Source: Desulfocapsa sulfexigens DSM 10523 (lineage in GTDB: Bacteria; Desulfobacterota; Desulfobulbia; Desulfobulbales; Desulfocapsaceae). From it: a stretch of 32,000 nt of DNA. The notes under the pieces were generated by a model. The model ran no database searches. It saw only the letters and a list, made by a program, of their open reading frames with translations, and was not told the origin of the DNA. This document shows, in pieces, positions 1 to 9,703 of the stretch; positions within the stretch are counted from its first letter, which is position 1, and each line of letters starts with the position of its first letter. Where the stretch lies: assembly GCF_000341395.1 (NCBI RefSeq), contig NC_020304.1, forward strand, positions 3,420,001 through 3,452,000. The letters run 5' to 3'. The position numbers and the translations under genes were made by a program.

Positions 1-2
1 TG

Positions 3-845
3 GCAAGATATGCCCGTGCCGATATCAATGTTATAGCACTCATTGGGGAAAGGGGCAGAGAGGTACGTGAATTTATCGAAAGAGACCTTGGTAAAGAAGG
101 TTTAGCGCGTTCCGTCATAGTTGTAGTAACTTCAGACCAGTCTCCCTTGCTTCGAATGCGAGGGGCCTTTGTAGCCACCTCCATCGCAGAATATTTCTGC
201 AACAAAGGAAAAAACGTCCTTCTGATGATGGATTCGGTAACCCGTTTTGCCATGGCAATGCGTGAAATCGGCCTCGCTGTTGGAGAACCGCCTACCACCA
301 AAGGCTACACCCCCTCAGTATTTGCGACCCTTCCAAAGCTTCTTGAACGAGCAGGACGCTTTACCGGAAAAGGATCGATCACCGGTCTCTATACAGTTCT
401 TGTTGATGGTGACGATATGACCGAACCTGTAGCCGATTCAGTACGCTCTATTCTCGATGGCCACATCGTTCTTTCACGATCCCTTGCTGCCAAAAATCAT
501 TACCCGGCCATTGATATCATGAACTCGGCCAGTAGAATCATGCGTGAAATCACCCATTCCCGTCATATAGAACTTGCTGGACGTGCCAGAAATGTACTGG
601 CTACCTACAATGAAGCAGAAGACCTTATCAACATAGGTGCCTACGCCAAAGGTTCCAACCCGAAAATCGATTTTGCTGTAAGTAAGATAAACGCAATCAA
701 TACCTTTCTCCGTCAGGGCTACGACGAGACAACCCCCCTAAAAGAGACCATTGAATCCTTGGGTCTGCTCCTGAGCGAGAGGAAAGGTGACACAGACGAA
801 CGCCTGGACAGAAGAGAAAGTGATAAACAGAACACTTCACGATAA
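3..845 (+). CDS. fliI: Flagellum-specific ATPase FliI, C-terminal part (gene truncated by window start; reading frame open from base 3)
   Basis: Frame translates upstream of the listed ATG as [33 protein letters not shown]..., then [35 protein letters not shown]...[36 protein letters not shown], typical FliI/type III ATPase motifs; followed by fliJ. Confidence 0.97.
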   Translation, partial: ARYARADINVIALIGERGREVREFIERDLGKEGLARSVIVVVTSDQSPLLRMRGAFVATSIAEYFCNKGKNVLLMMDSVTRFAMAMREIGLAVGEPPTTKGYTPSVFATLPKLLERAGRFTGKGSITGLYTVLVDGDDMTEPVADSVRSILDGHIVLSRSLAAKNHYPAIDIMNSASRIMREITHSRHIELAGRARNVLATYNEAEDLINIGAYAKGSNPKIDFAVSKINAINTFLRQGYDETTPLKETIESLGLLLSERKGDTDERLDRRESDKQNTSR

Positions 846-863
846 ACACCTAATCAAGTAGCC

Positions 864-1310
864 ATGCCTCCTAAACCTTTTACTCTTGACTCTGTTTTAA
901 AATATAGAAAACGACAGGAGAGCATGGCACAGGAAAAATTTATCCAGGCAAAAGCTGATGCAGAAATGGCATTTCAGGCACTTGAAGAGGCAAAGAATGT
1001 ACTCGGCAACCTGATAAACACCCTCGAAGAAAAACAAATAAGTGGTATCCTGGCCATGGAGCTTGCCAGATTTGAAGAACGCATACAGTATGCTCGAGAT
1101 CAGATAGACGTGCTCAAAGTCAGCTATCAAAAAAAAAAGAAAATCGTAAAAGACAAAAGACTTTTATTGCTTGAGAAATCCCGAAATTACAAAGTGCTGG
1201 ACACGTTAAAAGAACAACAAAACAGAACATGGAAAAACTATCTAGACAAGAAAGAGGCAGCCATGCTCGATGAAATTGCTATCCTTCGCCATGATCGAAA
1301 AACAAGCTAA
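864..1310 (+). CDS. fliJ: Flagellar export protein FliJ
   Basis: 148 aa, charged coiled-coil, FliJ-like N terminus (FTLDSVLKYRKRQESMAQEKF), directly after fliI. Confidence 0.88.
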   Translation: MPPKPFTLDSVLKYRKRQESMAQEKFIQAKADAEMAFQALEEAKNVLGNLINTLEEKQISGILAMELARFEERIQYARDQIDVLKVSYQKKKKIVKDKRLLLLEKSRNYKVLDTLKEQQNRTWKNYLDKKEAAMLDEIAILRHDRKTS

Positions 1311-1356
1311 ATCTTTTTTACCTCCACATCCTCCCTTTCTTCTACAAAGGATAACA

Positions 1357-1941
1357 ATGTTCACAAAAACTAACACATACCTCCTTGTCAGCCTTCTTCT
1401 CTCCCTCTCCGCTTCCTCATCCGTTTGCCTTGCAGCAGATCCAGAGCCTCCCCCTGCAGTAACTACCAAAGACGTCGATAAAGCAATGCCGGTAACAGAG
1501 AAAATAAAGACAGACTTTCAATCGGTTGAAGAAAGAAGGTTATATGCCATACTTCAAAATGAACGGGATAATCTCGAAGAAGAGAAAAAAGTTCTGGTAT
1601 TTAAGGAGAAGGAACTAAAGACTCTTCAAATAGAGGCCGATAAGAAGCTTAAGCTCCTTGATGAAAAGCTTGCCGAACTCAGAGCACTACAAGGCAAGAT
1701 AGAAGAATTACTAAAAGAAAAAGACATCCAGGAACAACAGAAAACCAAGGATCTCAGTCTGATATACGCAAAAATGACCCCTGATCGTGCTGCACTTGCC
1801 ATGGCCACACTAGATGAACAGCTTGCAGCAGACCTCCTTGCTAACATGAAGGTTAAATCAGCGGCAAAAATACTTGATCGAATGGATAAGGCAAAAGCCT
1901 CACAACTCAGTGAAACGTTTACGACCATTAAGGTGGAGTGA
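1357..1941 (+). CDS. MotE/MgtE_N-like secreted or membrane-anchored coiled-coil protein of flagellar operons (start re-assigned from 1270 to the internal ATG with signal peptide)
   Basis: MFTKTNTYLLVSLLLSLSASSSVCLAADPEP signal sequence, coiled coil, C-terminal YAKMTPDRAALAMATLDEQLAADLLANMKVKSAAKILDRMD resembling the MgtE N-terminal repeat; between fliJ and fliK; AAAGG RBS just upstream of ATG 1357. Confidence 0.75.
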   Translation: MFTKTNTYLLVSLLLSLSASSSVCLAADPEPPPAVTTKDVDKAMPVTEKIKTDFQSVEERRLYAILQNERDNLEEEKKVLVFKEKELKTLQIEADKKLKLLDEKLAELRALQGKIEELLKEKDIQEQQKTKDLSLIYAKMTPDRAALAMATLDEQLAADLLANMKVKSAAKILDRMDKAKASQLSETFTTIKVE

Positions 1942-1947
1942 AAAAGA

Positions 1948-3366
1948 ATGGAAACAGCCCTTCTTACCCCTAGTACTGCAACGCCAAACCCTGCCTCGCG
2001 GCAAAGTGCTTCTATAACTGACAGCAAAGGCAGTAGTGATTTTACACCTGCCATGGACGAAGCAGTCTCTTCTCTCGAAAAAGGTACTAGGAATACGTCG
2101 GATTCTCCAATGGATGATTCAAATATTCCCACTGATGAAACCAGCACTTCAAGCACTCCAGAAGACACTGCCATGGCATTTTCAGAGGAGATCCTTTCCG
2201 GTGATACTGCAATAGTTTCTTCTGAAAGTTTTTTGTCAGCTCAAGGTATCATGAATAACAGGTCACAATCAATTGTAGCTGGACAGGTGCAGCAATCCTT
2301 TACAACTGAGGCTCTCGCAACCTGGATCGCTGCACAGGAATCAACCTCCCCGATCATTCAAGCTGGAATTGAAAACAATCCGGCAGCAGCAACCAAGGCA
2401 GAAACATTGTTATTACAGCAGATCCAGAACATTCTGGATCAGGGGAAGAATAATGGTTCAATAACGGTTACAGGAAGCAATGTAGCTGAGCCTCAAAAGA
2501 GTGCTGAAAACTTACAGAACTTATCAAGCGCCCTGCTTGCCGAGAACGAGAATAGTGATATCCAGGCCAGACAGATTGGAGTGATAGCTGTACCTGTGAA
2601 AGAAACAGTTCACGCCACCCAAAATTCAACTAAGCTCGAAGGTGCCCATCAGGACGTAAATGAACAATTTTATAATGCAAAACTTGGTGAATCAAAAACG
2701 AACAATGGAAATGACTTCCAACAACGCAATAACGAACAAAAAGGATCTGAGCAGCAGACAAAACCTGAAGTGCAGAACACTGTCAGTCAGACAACTGGAA
2801 ATACCACCCCGGAGGGAAAACCATTAGAGTCGACTTTTGGACAGCAGCTCAGCTCCAGCTCGACAACCACTACCACACCGACCAGTATAGAGGGTAAGTT
2901 AGCGCCAGGATCACATCATCCTGTCCCTGAGAGAGAGATGGTTAACAATCTTATCCAACGTTTCAATGTAAACCCGAGATTGCAGACCAGCAAACTAACG
3001 ATGCAGCTTCATCCTGCAGAACTCGGGGCACTAAAGATTGATATTCTGGTAAAGGGTGACTCAATAAGGGCAAATATTGTAGCACAAAGCCAACAGGTAC
3101 TTGAGACTCTTGACAAACAGATGCCGCGCCTTCGTGCAGTTCTTCAGGAACAGGGATTCACAGTAGATTCCTTTATAATATCTCTGGAAAGTGATGGTGG
3201 TAACCAGAAAGGACTATTCCAGGAACATTTCAGTTCGCAACAGCAGGAATTCACATCCAATAGATCACCTGCTGCCAGCAACGAATCATTTGATATATTG
3301 CTCGACTCTCAAAAAGATCTTGATGAGGCAGATGAAGATTCGTCCGGGGTAAATCTCACAGTTTAA
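1948..3366 (+). CDS. fliK: Flagellar hook-length control protein FliK
   Basis: Ser/Thr/Gln-rich N terminus plus conserved C-terminal LQTSKLTMQLHPAELGALKIDILVKGDSIRANIVAQSQQVLETLDKQMPRLRAVLQEQGF. Confidence 0.93.
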   Translation: METALLTPSTATPNPASRQSASITDSKGSSDFTPAMDEAVSSLEKGTRNTSDSPMDDSNIPTDETSTSSTPEDTAMAFSEEILSGDTAIVSSESFLSAQGIMNNRSQSIVAGQVQQSFTTEALATWIAAQESTSPIIQAGIENNPAAATKAETLLLQQIQNILDQGKNNGSITVTGSNVAEPQKSAENLQNLSSALLAENENSDIQARQIGVIAVPVKETVHATQNSTKLEGAHQDVNEQFYNAKLGESKTNNGNDFQQRNNEQKGSEQQTKPEVQNTVSQTTGNTTPEGKPLESTFGQQLSSSSTTTTTPTSIEGKLAPGSHHPVPEREMVNNLIQRFNVNPRLQTSKLTMQLHPAELGALKIDILVKGDSIRANIVAQSQQVLETLDKQMPRLRAVLQEQGFTVDSFIISLESDGGNQKGLFQEHFSSQQQEFTSNRSPAASNESFDILLDSQKDLDEADEDSSGVNLTV

Positions 3367-3402
3367 CCCCTCCGATACCTCCTTCATATATAGGAAAAAA
3401 CA

Positions 3403-4278
3403 ATGACGAATGTAGCCGAAATTTTTGCACCTCCCACTTCCACAAATCTCACACCTGTGTATAAAAATACCAGCAGTGAAGATATTATGGGAAAGGAAGA
3501 TTTTCTCACTCTTCTGGTTGCACAGCTACAGAATCAGGATCCATTGAATCCTGATGATGCAACTGAATTCACATCACAACTAGCTGAATTCAGTTCGCTT
3601 GAACAACTTCAGAACCTCAACAAATCGATGGATACATTAGCAAACACGCAACAACAATCTGATCGATTCGCTACAATGGATCTTATCGGCAAGGAAGTTG
3701 TCTATGCCAGTTCTGGATTTGATTTTAGTGGAGAGCCTGTCAACCTGGGGTACCAGCTTGACGGTACCGCAGCTTCGGTCACAATGCATATCAGGGATGA
3801 GAACGGCAACACGGTAGCAACCCTGAATCCATCTGAAATGAGGGAGGGAAATCACTTTCTTGAATGGGATGGTCTTGATAAAGACGGCAACATCATTCCC
3901 GATGGGAAATATAAACTTGTCCTTGAGGCCAGTTCGGCCGGAGAGGGCTCTACCATAGCGGCTTCCCCACTGGTTCAGTCAGAAGTTACAGGTGTTGATT
4001 TCTCCAGCGAAACAGGAGAAGCTGTCATCCGCACTTTGGCAGGTGCTGAGATCAGCAGCAGTGCAATTATTGCTGTCTATCAAGCCGATAAATCATATAC
4101 CAAAGAGATAGCAACCGATGATGAAGATACCATCGTAGATGAAATAGTAGATGATATTGTAGATGATATAACCGCCGATGTTACAGGGACGTCAACATCA
4201 CCAACCACCGAAGAGTCTGCTTCCACGGACGAAGAACAGATTGCCCAGGATACACTCCAGCATTATTTGGCTGGATAA
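3403..4278 (+). CDS. flgD: Flagellar hook capping/assembly protein FlgD
   Basis: GKEDFLTLLVAQLQNQDPLNPDDATEFTSQLAEFSSLEQLQNLN, FlgD signature; carries an acidic C-terminal tail. Confidence 0.96.
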   Translation: MTNVAEIFAPPTSTNLTPVYKNTSSEDIMGKEDFLTLLVAQLQNQDPLNPDDATEFTSQLAEFSSLEQLQNLNKSMDTLANTQQQSDRFATMDLIGKEVVYASSGFDFSGEPVNLGYQLDGTAASVTMHIRDENGNTVATLNPSEMREGNHFLEWDGLDKDGNIIPDGKYKLVLEASSAGEGSTIAASPLVQSEVTGVDFSSETGEAVIRTLAGAEISSSAIIAVYQADKSYTKEIATDDEDTIVDEIVDDIVDDITADVTGTSTSPTTEESASTDEEQIAQDTLQHYLAG

Positions 4279-4319
4279 ATTTATTTTTAAAACCCATACC
4301 ATACAAGGGGGAGTCACCC

Positions 4320-5567
4320 ATGGGTATCACCAGTGCTCTGTACAGTGGCGTAAGTGGCCTTAATACCAATTCACAGGCAATGAGTGTCATTGGTAACAAT
4401 CTTGCCAACACAAACACTCTTGGATTCAAAGGAGCCCGGTCTGTTTTTTCAGATCTGCTTTCCAGTAACATTTCAGGATCCGGAGGATCTTCTCAAGTAG
4501 GTCGTGGTGTCAATATCTCCAAGGTTGACAACATTTTCAGCCAGGGTACCTTCGAAGCAACCGCAACAAACACCGATGTGGCCATCGAAGGTGAAGGTTT
4601 TTTCATGCTCAAAGAGCCAGGTGACAACACAACCTATTACTCACGAGCTGGTGCTTTTCGTTTTGACCAAGACGGCTACCTGGTTAACCCTGAAGGGTTT
4701 GTTGTTCAGGGTAAAGCATTTGATGACAACGGTAATCTCATAGCTGGTGACCCAACGGATATCCAGGTTGCCAATGTCGGGCTGGTCCCAGCCAAAGTCA
4801 CAGACACCATGACCATGTCCACTAATCTTGATGCAAGTGAGGTTACCCCTGCAGCTGCATTTGACCCTGATATCCCAGATACCTTTAATTATTCTGCATC
4901 GACCACAACCTATGACAGTCTGGGTACTTCCCATCTGGTTACAGTCTACTTCGTGAAAGATGCTGTTCCAAATTCATGGAGCTGGCACTGGAGTGCTGAA
5001 GATGCCCTCGGTGCCCCACTTGGTGGAGCCGGTACGGCACCAATTACCTTTGATGCGGACGGCCTTTTGACCGGTGGTGGTACTGATCAAATTCCAGCAA
5101 TCAACTGGCAAAATGGCTCAAATGCGACAATACCCATAGACCTCACTTTTGATACAACTCAATTTAACAGTGAATCAACGGTTATTGCGCAGGACCAGAA
5201 CGGCTATGGAGCAGGTAATCTGACTAATGTTGGTATCAACGAGGAAGGAATTGTTATTGCTTCGTACTCAAACGGTGAACAGGTAAAAATTTCTCAACTA
5301 GTGCTGGCAAAATTTTCTAACCCAGGTGGACTTGAGATGAAGGGGTCGAACATGTATGTCGGGACCGATGCATCTGGCCCGGCAAGATCCGGAATTCCAG
5401 GACCAGAACTAGGAAGTATTTTTACTAACTCCCTTGAACAGTCTAATGTTGATATGGGCCAGGAATTCGTCAAAATGATTACCACTCAAAGAGGTTTTCA
5501 GGCCAACTCAAAAATCATCACAACTGTTGATGAATTATTAGGCGAATTAATTAACCTTAAACGCTAA
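4320..5567 (+). CDS. flgE: Flagellar hook protein FlgE
   Basis: ALYSGVSGLNTNSQAMSVIGNNLANTNTLGFKGARSVFSDLL N terminus and NVDMGQEFVKMITTQRGFQANSKIITTVDELLGELINLKR C terminus. Confidence 0.96.
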   Translation: MGITSALYSGVSGLNTNSQAMSVIGNNLANTNTLGFKGARSVFSDLLSSNISGSGGSSQVGRGVNISKVDNIFSQGTFEATATNTDVAIEGEGFFMLKEPGDNTTYYSRAGAFRFDQDGYLVNPEGFVVQGKAFDDNGNLIAGDPTDIQVANVGLVPAKVTDTMTMSTNLDASEVTPAAAFDPDIPDTFNYSASTTTYDSLGTSHLVTVYFVKDAVPNSWSWHWSAEDALGAPLGGAGTAPITFDADGLLTGGGTDQIPAINWQNGSNATIPIDLTFDTTQFNSESTVIAQDQNGYGAGNLTNVGINEEGIVIASYSNGEQVKISQLVLAKFSNPGGLEMKGSNMYVGTDASGPARSGIPGPELGSIFTNSLEQSNVDMGQEFVKMITTQRGFQANSKIITTVDELLGELINLKR

Positions 5568-5587
5568 CCTTCACAAAATCACTCAAG

Positions 5588-5625
5588 AGAGGGCCCTTTA
5601 AAGTTTTATAAAGTGCCCTCTTTTT
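5588..5625 (+). terminator. Rho-independent terminator downstream of flgE
   Basis: AGAGGGC-cctttaaagttttataaagt-GCCCTCT followed by a T tract; inner CTTTA/TAAAG pairing extends the stem. Confidence 0.85.
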
Positions 5626-5745
5626 CTCCTCCTCACAGTCATTATTTTGACCCCTGCCCAAACAGTAATTTCCCTCAACATCACAACAGAACAAAACAAC
5701 GACAAATCAGCTACAAAACCAGACCAACACTAATCCTCCTCAGTT

Positions 5746-5761
5746 GGGAATATAATTTGCA
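5746..5761 (+). promoter_or_regulatory. Possible sigma-54 -24/-12 element upstream of motA
   Basis: GGGAATATAATTTGCA: GG-N10-GC spacing and TTGCA present but the -24 box is imperfect; lies in the gap after a terminator. Confidence 0.4.
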
Positions 5762-5837
5762 TTGTTTTTTAAAACGCTAGAATATAAGATTAATAATACT
5801 TTTCTAGACACTATTTTCTGTAGCGGGGGATTTTTCT

Positions 5838-6602
5838 TTGGATATTGCAACAATTGTCGGCCTGGTAGTGGCGATAGGCCTTATGCTCATGGCCATCATT
5901 CAGGGTGGACCTTTAGGAATTTTCATTAACATCCCCTCCGCCCTGATTGTTGGAGGGGGTACCATTGGCGTCGGACTTGTTCATTACCCACTAAGCGATA
6001 TAATGGGTGCTGCGGCAATCGCCAAAAAAACGCTCTTCAATAAAGATGAATCTCCTCATGCCCTGATAATCCAACTTATGGAATTTGCCAATAAAGCAAG
6101 AAAGGAAGGCATACTCTCACTTCAGGGAATGATGGATAGCGTAGAAGACGAATTTCTTGTCAAGGCCATGCAGATGGCTGTTGACGGTCAGGAACCTGAA
6201 ACACTCCGATCCATGCTCAACACTGAAGTCGAGTACCTGCAGGAACGTCATGAAAAAGGACAGGCTATTTTTGTTTCACTTGCAGGATATGCACCTGCCA
6301 TGGGGATGGTAGGAACGCTTATTGGTCTTGTCCAGATGCTCATGAACATGAGTGACCCCGACTCCATTGGTCCCGCCATGGCTGTAGCATTGCTCACCAC
6401 ATTATACGGTGCAGTGCTTGCCAATGTGTTTTTTGCTCCAATTGCTGGAAAGCTCGCCAACAGGTCAGCATCGGAAACACTTATAAAAAACCTCGTTATT
6501 GAAGGGATGCAATCTATTTTATCTGGTGAAAATCCACGAATTATGGAACAAAAACTACATGCCTTTATTGCCCCTAAACTTAGAGAATCAACCTTCAAGT
6601 AA
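5838..6602 (+). CDS. motA: Flagellar motor stator protein MotA (PomA/MotP-like N terminus); TTG start
   Basis: DIATIVGLVVAIGLMLMAIIQGGPLGIFINIPSALIVGGGTIGV...YAPAMGMVGTLIGLVQMLMNMSDPDSIGPAMAVALLTTLYGAVLANVFFAPIAGKL. Confidence 0.95.
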   Translation: MDIATIVGLVVAIGLMLMAIIQGGPLGIFINIPSALIVGGGTIGVGLVHYPLSDIMGAAAIAKKTLFNKDESPHALIIQLMEFANKARKEGILSLQGMMDSVEDEFLVKAMQMAVDGQEPETLRSMLNTEVEYLQERHEKGQAIFVSLAGYAPAMGMVGTLIGLVQMLMNMSDPDSIGPAMAVALLTTLYGAVLANVFFAPIAGKLANRSASETLIKNLVIEGMQSILSGENPRIMEQKLHAFIAPKLRESTFK

Positions 6603-6617
6603 AAGGGTACCACAGCC

Positions 6618-7409
6618 ATGGCTGACAATGACCAAAATGAAAATACAGAAGAAGTAAAGTGTCCTAAATGCCCAAAATGCGTTGCCGGTTCACCTGCCTG
6701 GATGACAACCTTTGCAGATCTGGTTACCCTGCTGCTCACTTTTTTTGTACTTCTTCTTTCCATGGCCAATATGGAAGAAGTTAAATTTGCTGAAGCCTCC
6801 GCTTCTATCAGAAGTGCCTTCGGTGCTCATTCATTACCTGCACCGAGTAAATTTTCCATACCTGTTATTCCATCCCCCCCCATTTCAAAGTTTTCACCTA
6901 TTCAGAACGAAATGGCTTCAAAAATTTATAAACAGATACAATCTCAACTCAAATCTGACAAAATTCCCGACGATATTGAACTTATAAAACGTGGCAATGA
7001 CACTATCATCCTCCGTATTAGTGATTCCATTCTCTTCAAAAAAGGCACGGCAACGGTTTCCCCTACCGCGTATCCGACCCTGCGAAGCCTTGCTGACATT
7101 ATCAGGCCGCTACCCATGGGGTTGCGCATAGAGGGGCATACCGACAATACCCCCATTTCTGATCGCAAAATCAGTAACTGGAACCTCTCCGTTGAAAGAG
7201 CGGTTTCCGTTATGCGTTTTTTTAAAAAAAGTGATCTCATGCCACTTGACCGTATGGCAGCTATTGGCTACGGACCGGATCGCCCTCTGGTTCCAAATAC
7301 GACTGAAGAGAACAAGGCAAAAAACAGAAGAGTCGATTTTGTTCTCAGCACCAACTCCAAATCGGGTTTTGAAACGCAAAACCCTTCTCCAGGAGAATTC
7401 CCACTTTAA
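6618..7409 (+). CDS. motB: Flagellar motor stator protein MotB (OmpA-like domain)
   Basis: PAWMTTFADLVTLLLTFFVLLLSMAN transmembrane plug region and C-terminal IEGHTDNTPISDRKISNWNLSVERAVSVMRFF. Confidence 0.95.
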   Translation: MADNDQNENTEEVKCPKCPKCVAGSPAWMTTFADLVTLLLTFFVLLLSMANMEEVKFAEASASIRSAFGAHSLPAPSKFSIPVIPSPPISKFSPIQNEMASKIYKQIQSQLKSDKIPDDIELIKRGNDTIILRISDSILFKKGTATVSPTAYPTLRSLADIIRPLPMGLRIEGHTDNTPISDRKISNWNLSVERAVSVMRFFKKSDLMPLDRMAAIGYGPDRPLVPNTTEENKAKNRRVDFVLSTNSKSGFETQNPSPGEFPL

Positions 7410-7427
7410 CACACAAGGACATATATT

Positions 7428-7943
7428 ATGGCTGACAAAGATAAAAAGAAAAAAGACGAAGGAGAATCCAGTGACGGCGGTAAAAAGAAAAAACTGATAA
7501 TTATCATTGCCGCTGCAGTTGTTCTCCTTGCAATCATTGGAGGTGCCGCATTTTTCTTTTTAAAACCTGCTCCCGTTGCTGAAGAAGAACTTGACCCTGG
7601 GCTCAGTGTTCCTGTACCCGATATAACCCAAAGCAATGCGATTGGGCCCATGGTTGAAATCAAAGAGTTTATTGTCAACATTATAAGTGAAGAAGACAGG
7701 CATTATGTCAAGGCCTCTCTCACCATTGAACTCAACCGGGAAGAGGCACTTGAAGAAGCGAACAAGCGCATGCCTCAGATCCGAGATGCCATACTTTTGC
7801 TGGTTGGAAATAAAACTTTTGAAGAATTGCAGGATCTCCAGGGAAAAAAACAACTGAAAGCCGAAATCATCAGTAAAATCAATTCATTTCTACAAACCGG
7901 TAAAGTTAAGGCCATTTATTTCACTGATTTTGTGGTCCAATAA
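7428..7943 (+). CDS. fliL: Flagellar basal body-associated protein FliL
   Basis: Single TM after a lysine-rich N terminus; MVEIKEFIVNIISEEDRHYVKASLTIELN...RDAILLLVGNKTFEELQDLQGKKQLKAEIISKIN. Confidence 0.92.
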   Translation: MADKDKKKKDEGESSDGGKKKKLIIIIAAAVVLLAIIGGAAFFFLKPAPVAEEELDPGLSVPVPDITQSNAIGPMVEIKEFIVNIISEEDRHYVKASLTIELNREEALEEANKRMPQIRDAILLLVGNKTFEELQDLQGKKQLKAEIISKINSFLQTGKVKAIYFTDFVVQ

Positions 7944-7958
7944 GCTGAAGGAATTACA

Positions 7959-8951
7959 GTGGAACCTATTCTAAATAAAGAACAGATTGCCGAATTACTG
8001 CTTGCTATCAAGAGCGGAAAGGTCTCCACGGACCTGAGGGGTGACGACAGCTCTTTTGATATGGCAAATGTTTCACCTCTAAACCTGTTTCAGATGTCAA
8101 GTACATCGGATAATAAGCAGCGTATTCCGAATCTTGATATTATCCTTGACAACTTTGCATATAATTTTGGCATAAGCTTGACCAATCATCTCCAGAGAAA
8201 TGTAACGATCACTCGAACAGGCATTGACACCTTTGAATTTCAGGAGTATCTCCTCTCTCAAAAAGATGCAGGTGCAATCGGCGTTCTCAGCATGGATCCC
8301 TTAAAAAATGGAGCATTGATGCTCCTCGACACCAAACTTTGTTTCTCTCTTATCGAGATCATGCTTGGAGCCTCCTCTGAAATGGAGCCCTTACAGCCAA
8401 ATCGAAAACCGACAACCATTGAACTCAACATTCTCAAATCAACTATCAGCCAGGCATGTTCTGATATAGATAAATCCTTCGCCCAGATCATCAAGCTTGA
8501 TTCTTCCATTGTCAAAGTTGAATCAAACTCGAGACTTGTTTCAATTGTCGATGCTGATGCAGATGTGCTTTCCGGAAGTTTTCAAATAAAGGTCGGAAGC
8601 CTGTCAGGAACCTTTGACATCGTCTTTCCAGTGGCAACACTTGACCCCGTTCGCGACCAGTTACGTGACCTGCTGACAGTCAAGACTGTTCATCAGTCCG
8701 GATGGCATGATTCACTGCTCGCTGAGATCGAAAAAATGTCCACAAGCATTGTCGCCCAATCGGGAACCATATCCATGCCTGTCCGCAGGGTTATGACACT
8801 TAAAAAAGGTGACATTCTCGACATTGATTACGACCCAAATTCCCCGCTCAAAGTACTCGTTGAAGATAATCTTAAATTTTTCGCCACCCCCGGAACGATT
8901 AGCGGCAAGAAAGCTATTCGTCTGACAGGCGTTTACGATCAAGGAGAATAA
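7959..8951 (+). CDS. fliM: Flagellar motor switch protein FliM; GTG start
   Basis: LNKEQIAELL N-terminal region, LEIMLGASS/LNILKSTISQA core and C-terminal SpoA-like domain (LKKGDILDIDYDPNSPLKVLVEDNLKFFATPG). Confidence 0.95.
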   Translation: MEPILNKEQIAELLLAIKSGKVSTDLRGDDSSFDMANVSPLNLFQMSSTSDNKQRIPNLDIILDNFAYNFGISLTNHLQRNVTITRTGIDTFEFQEYLLSQKDAGAIGVLSMDPLKNGALMLLDTKLCFSLIEIMLGASSEMEPLQPNRKPTTIELNILKSTISQACSDIDKSFAQIIKLDSSIVKVESNSRLVSIVDADADVLSGSFQIKVGSLSGTFDIVFPVATLDPVRDQLRDLLTVKTVHQSGWHDSLLAEIEKMSTSIVAQSGTISMPVRRVMTLKKGDILDIDYDPNSPLKVLVEDNLKFFATPGTISGKKAIRLTGVYDQGE

Positions 8952-8952
8952 C

Positions 8953-9357
8953 ATGGCAGAAGAAAATTTTCAGGAAAGTTCAAAGCCACAGCCTGAAGAA
9001 ATCAAAGAATTACTTGATGAGGAAGGGATGGAAAGCTTCCCTTCTTCGAGCAGCAGCGACTCACACAAGACATCCTCAACCGTTTCCGGGAAAGAGGAGC
9101 GTGGGCTTGAGTTTCTTTATGATGTACCATTACAGATTTCAGTTGAAGTCGGAAGAAGCAAGATACTGCTCAAAGATCTCCTTAAAATGGGTGAGGGGTA
9201 CATCATCGAACTTGACAAGCTTGCAGGAGACCCGCTGGATCTTTATGTAAACTCCCGTCTCATTGCAAAAGGTGAGGCTGTAATGGTGGGAGACAAATTT
9301 GGTATTCGACTTACGGATGTCGTAAGCGCCGTTGATCGCATAGAGCAACTGGGCTAG
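8953..9357 (+). CDS. fliN: Flagellar motor switch protein FliN
   Basis: LEFLYDVPLQISVEVGRSKILLKDLLKMGEGYIIELDKLAGDPLDLYVNSRLIAKGEAVMVGDKFGIRLTDVVS. Confidence 0.97.
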   Translation: MAEENFQESSKPQPEEIKELLDEEGMESFPSSSSSDSHKTSSTVSGKEERGLEFLYDVPLQISVEVGRSKILLKDLLKMGEGYIIELDKLAGDPLDLYVNSRLIAKGEAVMVGDKFGIRLTDVVSAVDRIEQLG

Positions 9358-9367
9358 GAATCTGACA

Positions 9368-9703
9368 ATGATAGAAAGCAGCGCTCCATCAATGCTCTCT
9401 GCCGGATTCAGGATGATGTGGGGTTTGCTTGTTGTACTCGGTATACTTCTAATCATTTATGGTCTGATGAGAAAACGACTTTCCTTTGTCCACTCAAACA
9501 GTCACTCTAAAATCAGGATCATAGAAATCCGCCATATTATGCCCAAAAAGTCGATCTGCCTCGTTGAGGTGAGGGGCCAGGAATTTCTCCTCGGCCTTGG
9601 CAATGACAACATAACACTTCTTTCGGCCTTAAAGAATGATGAACATTCCTTCGACTCAACTCTTGCCTCTGTAACTGAACAGCATGAAAACCTCTCTTCA
9701 TAA
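9368..9703 (+). CDS. fliO: Flagellar biosynthesis protein FliO
   Basis: Small membrane protein with single N-terminal TM; IRIIEIRHIMPKKSICLVEVRGQEFLLGLGNDNITLLSAL; position between fliN and fliP. Confidence 0.85.
   Translation: MIESSAPSMLSAGFRMMWGLLVVLGILLIIYGLMRKRLSFVHSNSHSKIRIIEIRHIMPKKSICLVEVRGQEFLLGLGNDNITLLSALKNDEHSFDSTLASVTEQHENLSS

Noticed and set aside
4178-4471. Short ORFs around the flgD-flgE junction (4178-4363 + and 4181-4471 -)
   Set aside because: They overlap the flgD tail and flgE start in other frames, with no domain or independent RBS evidence.
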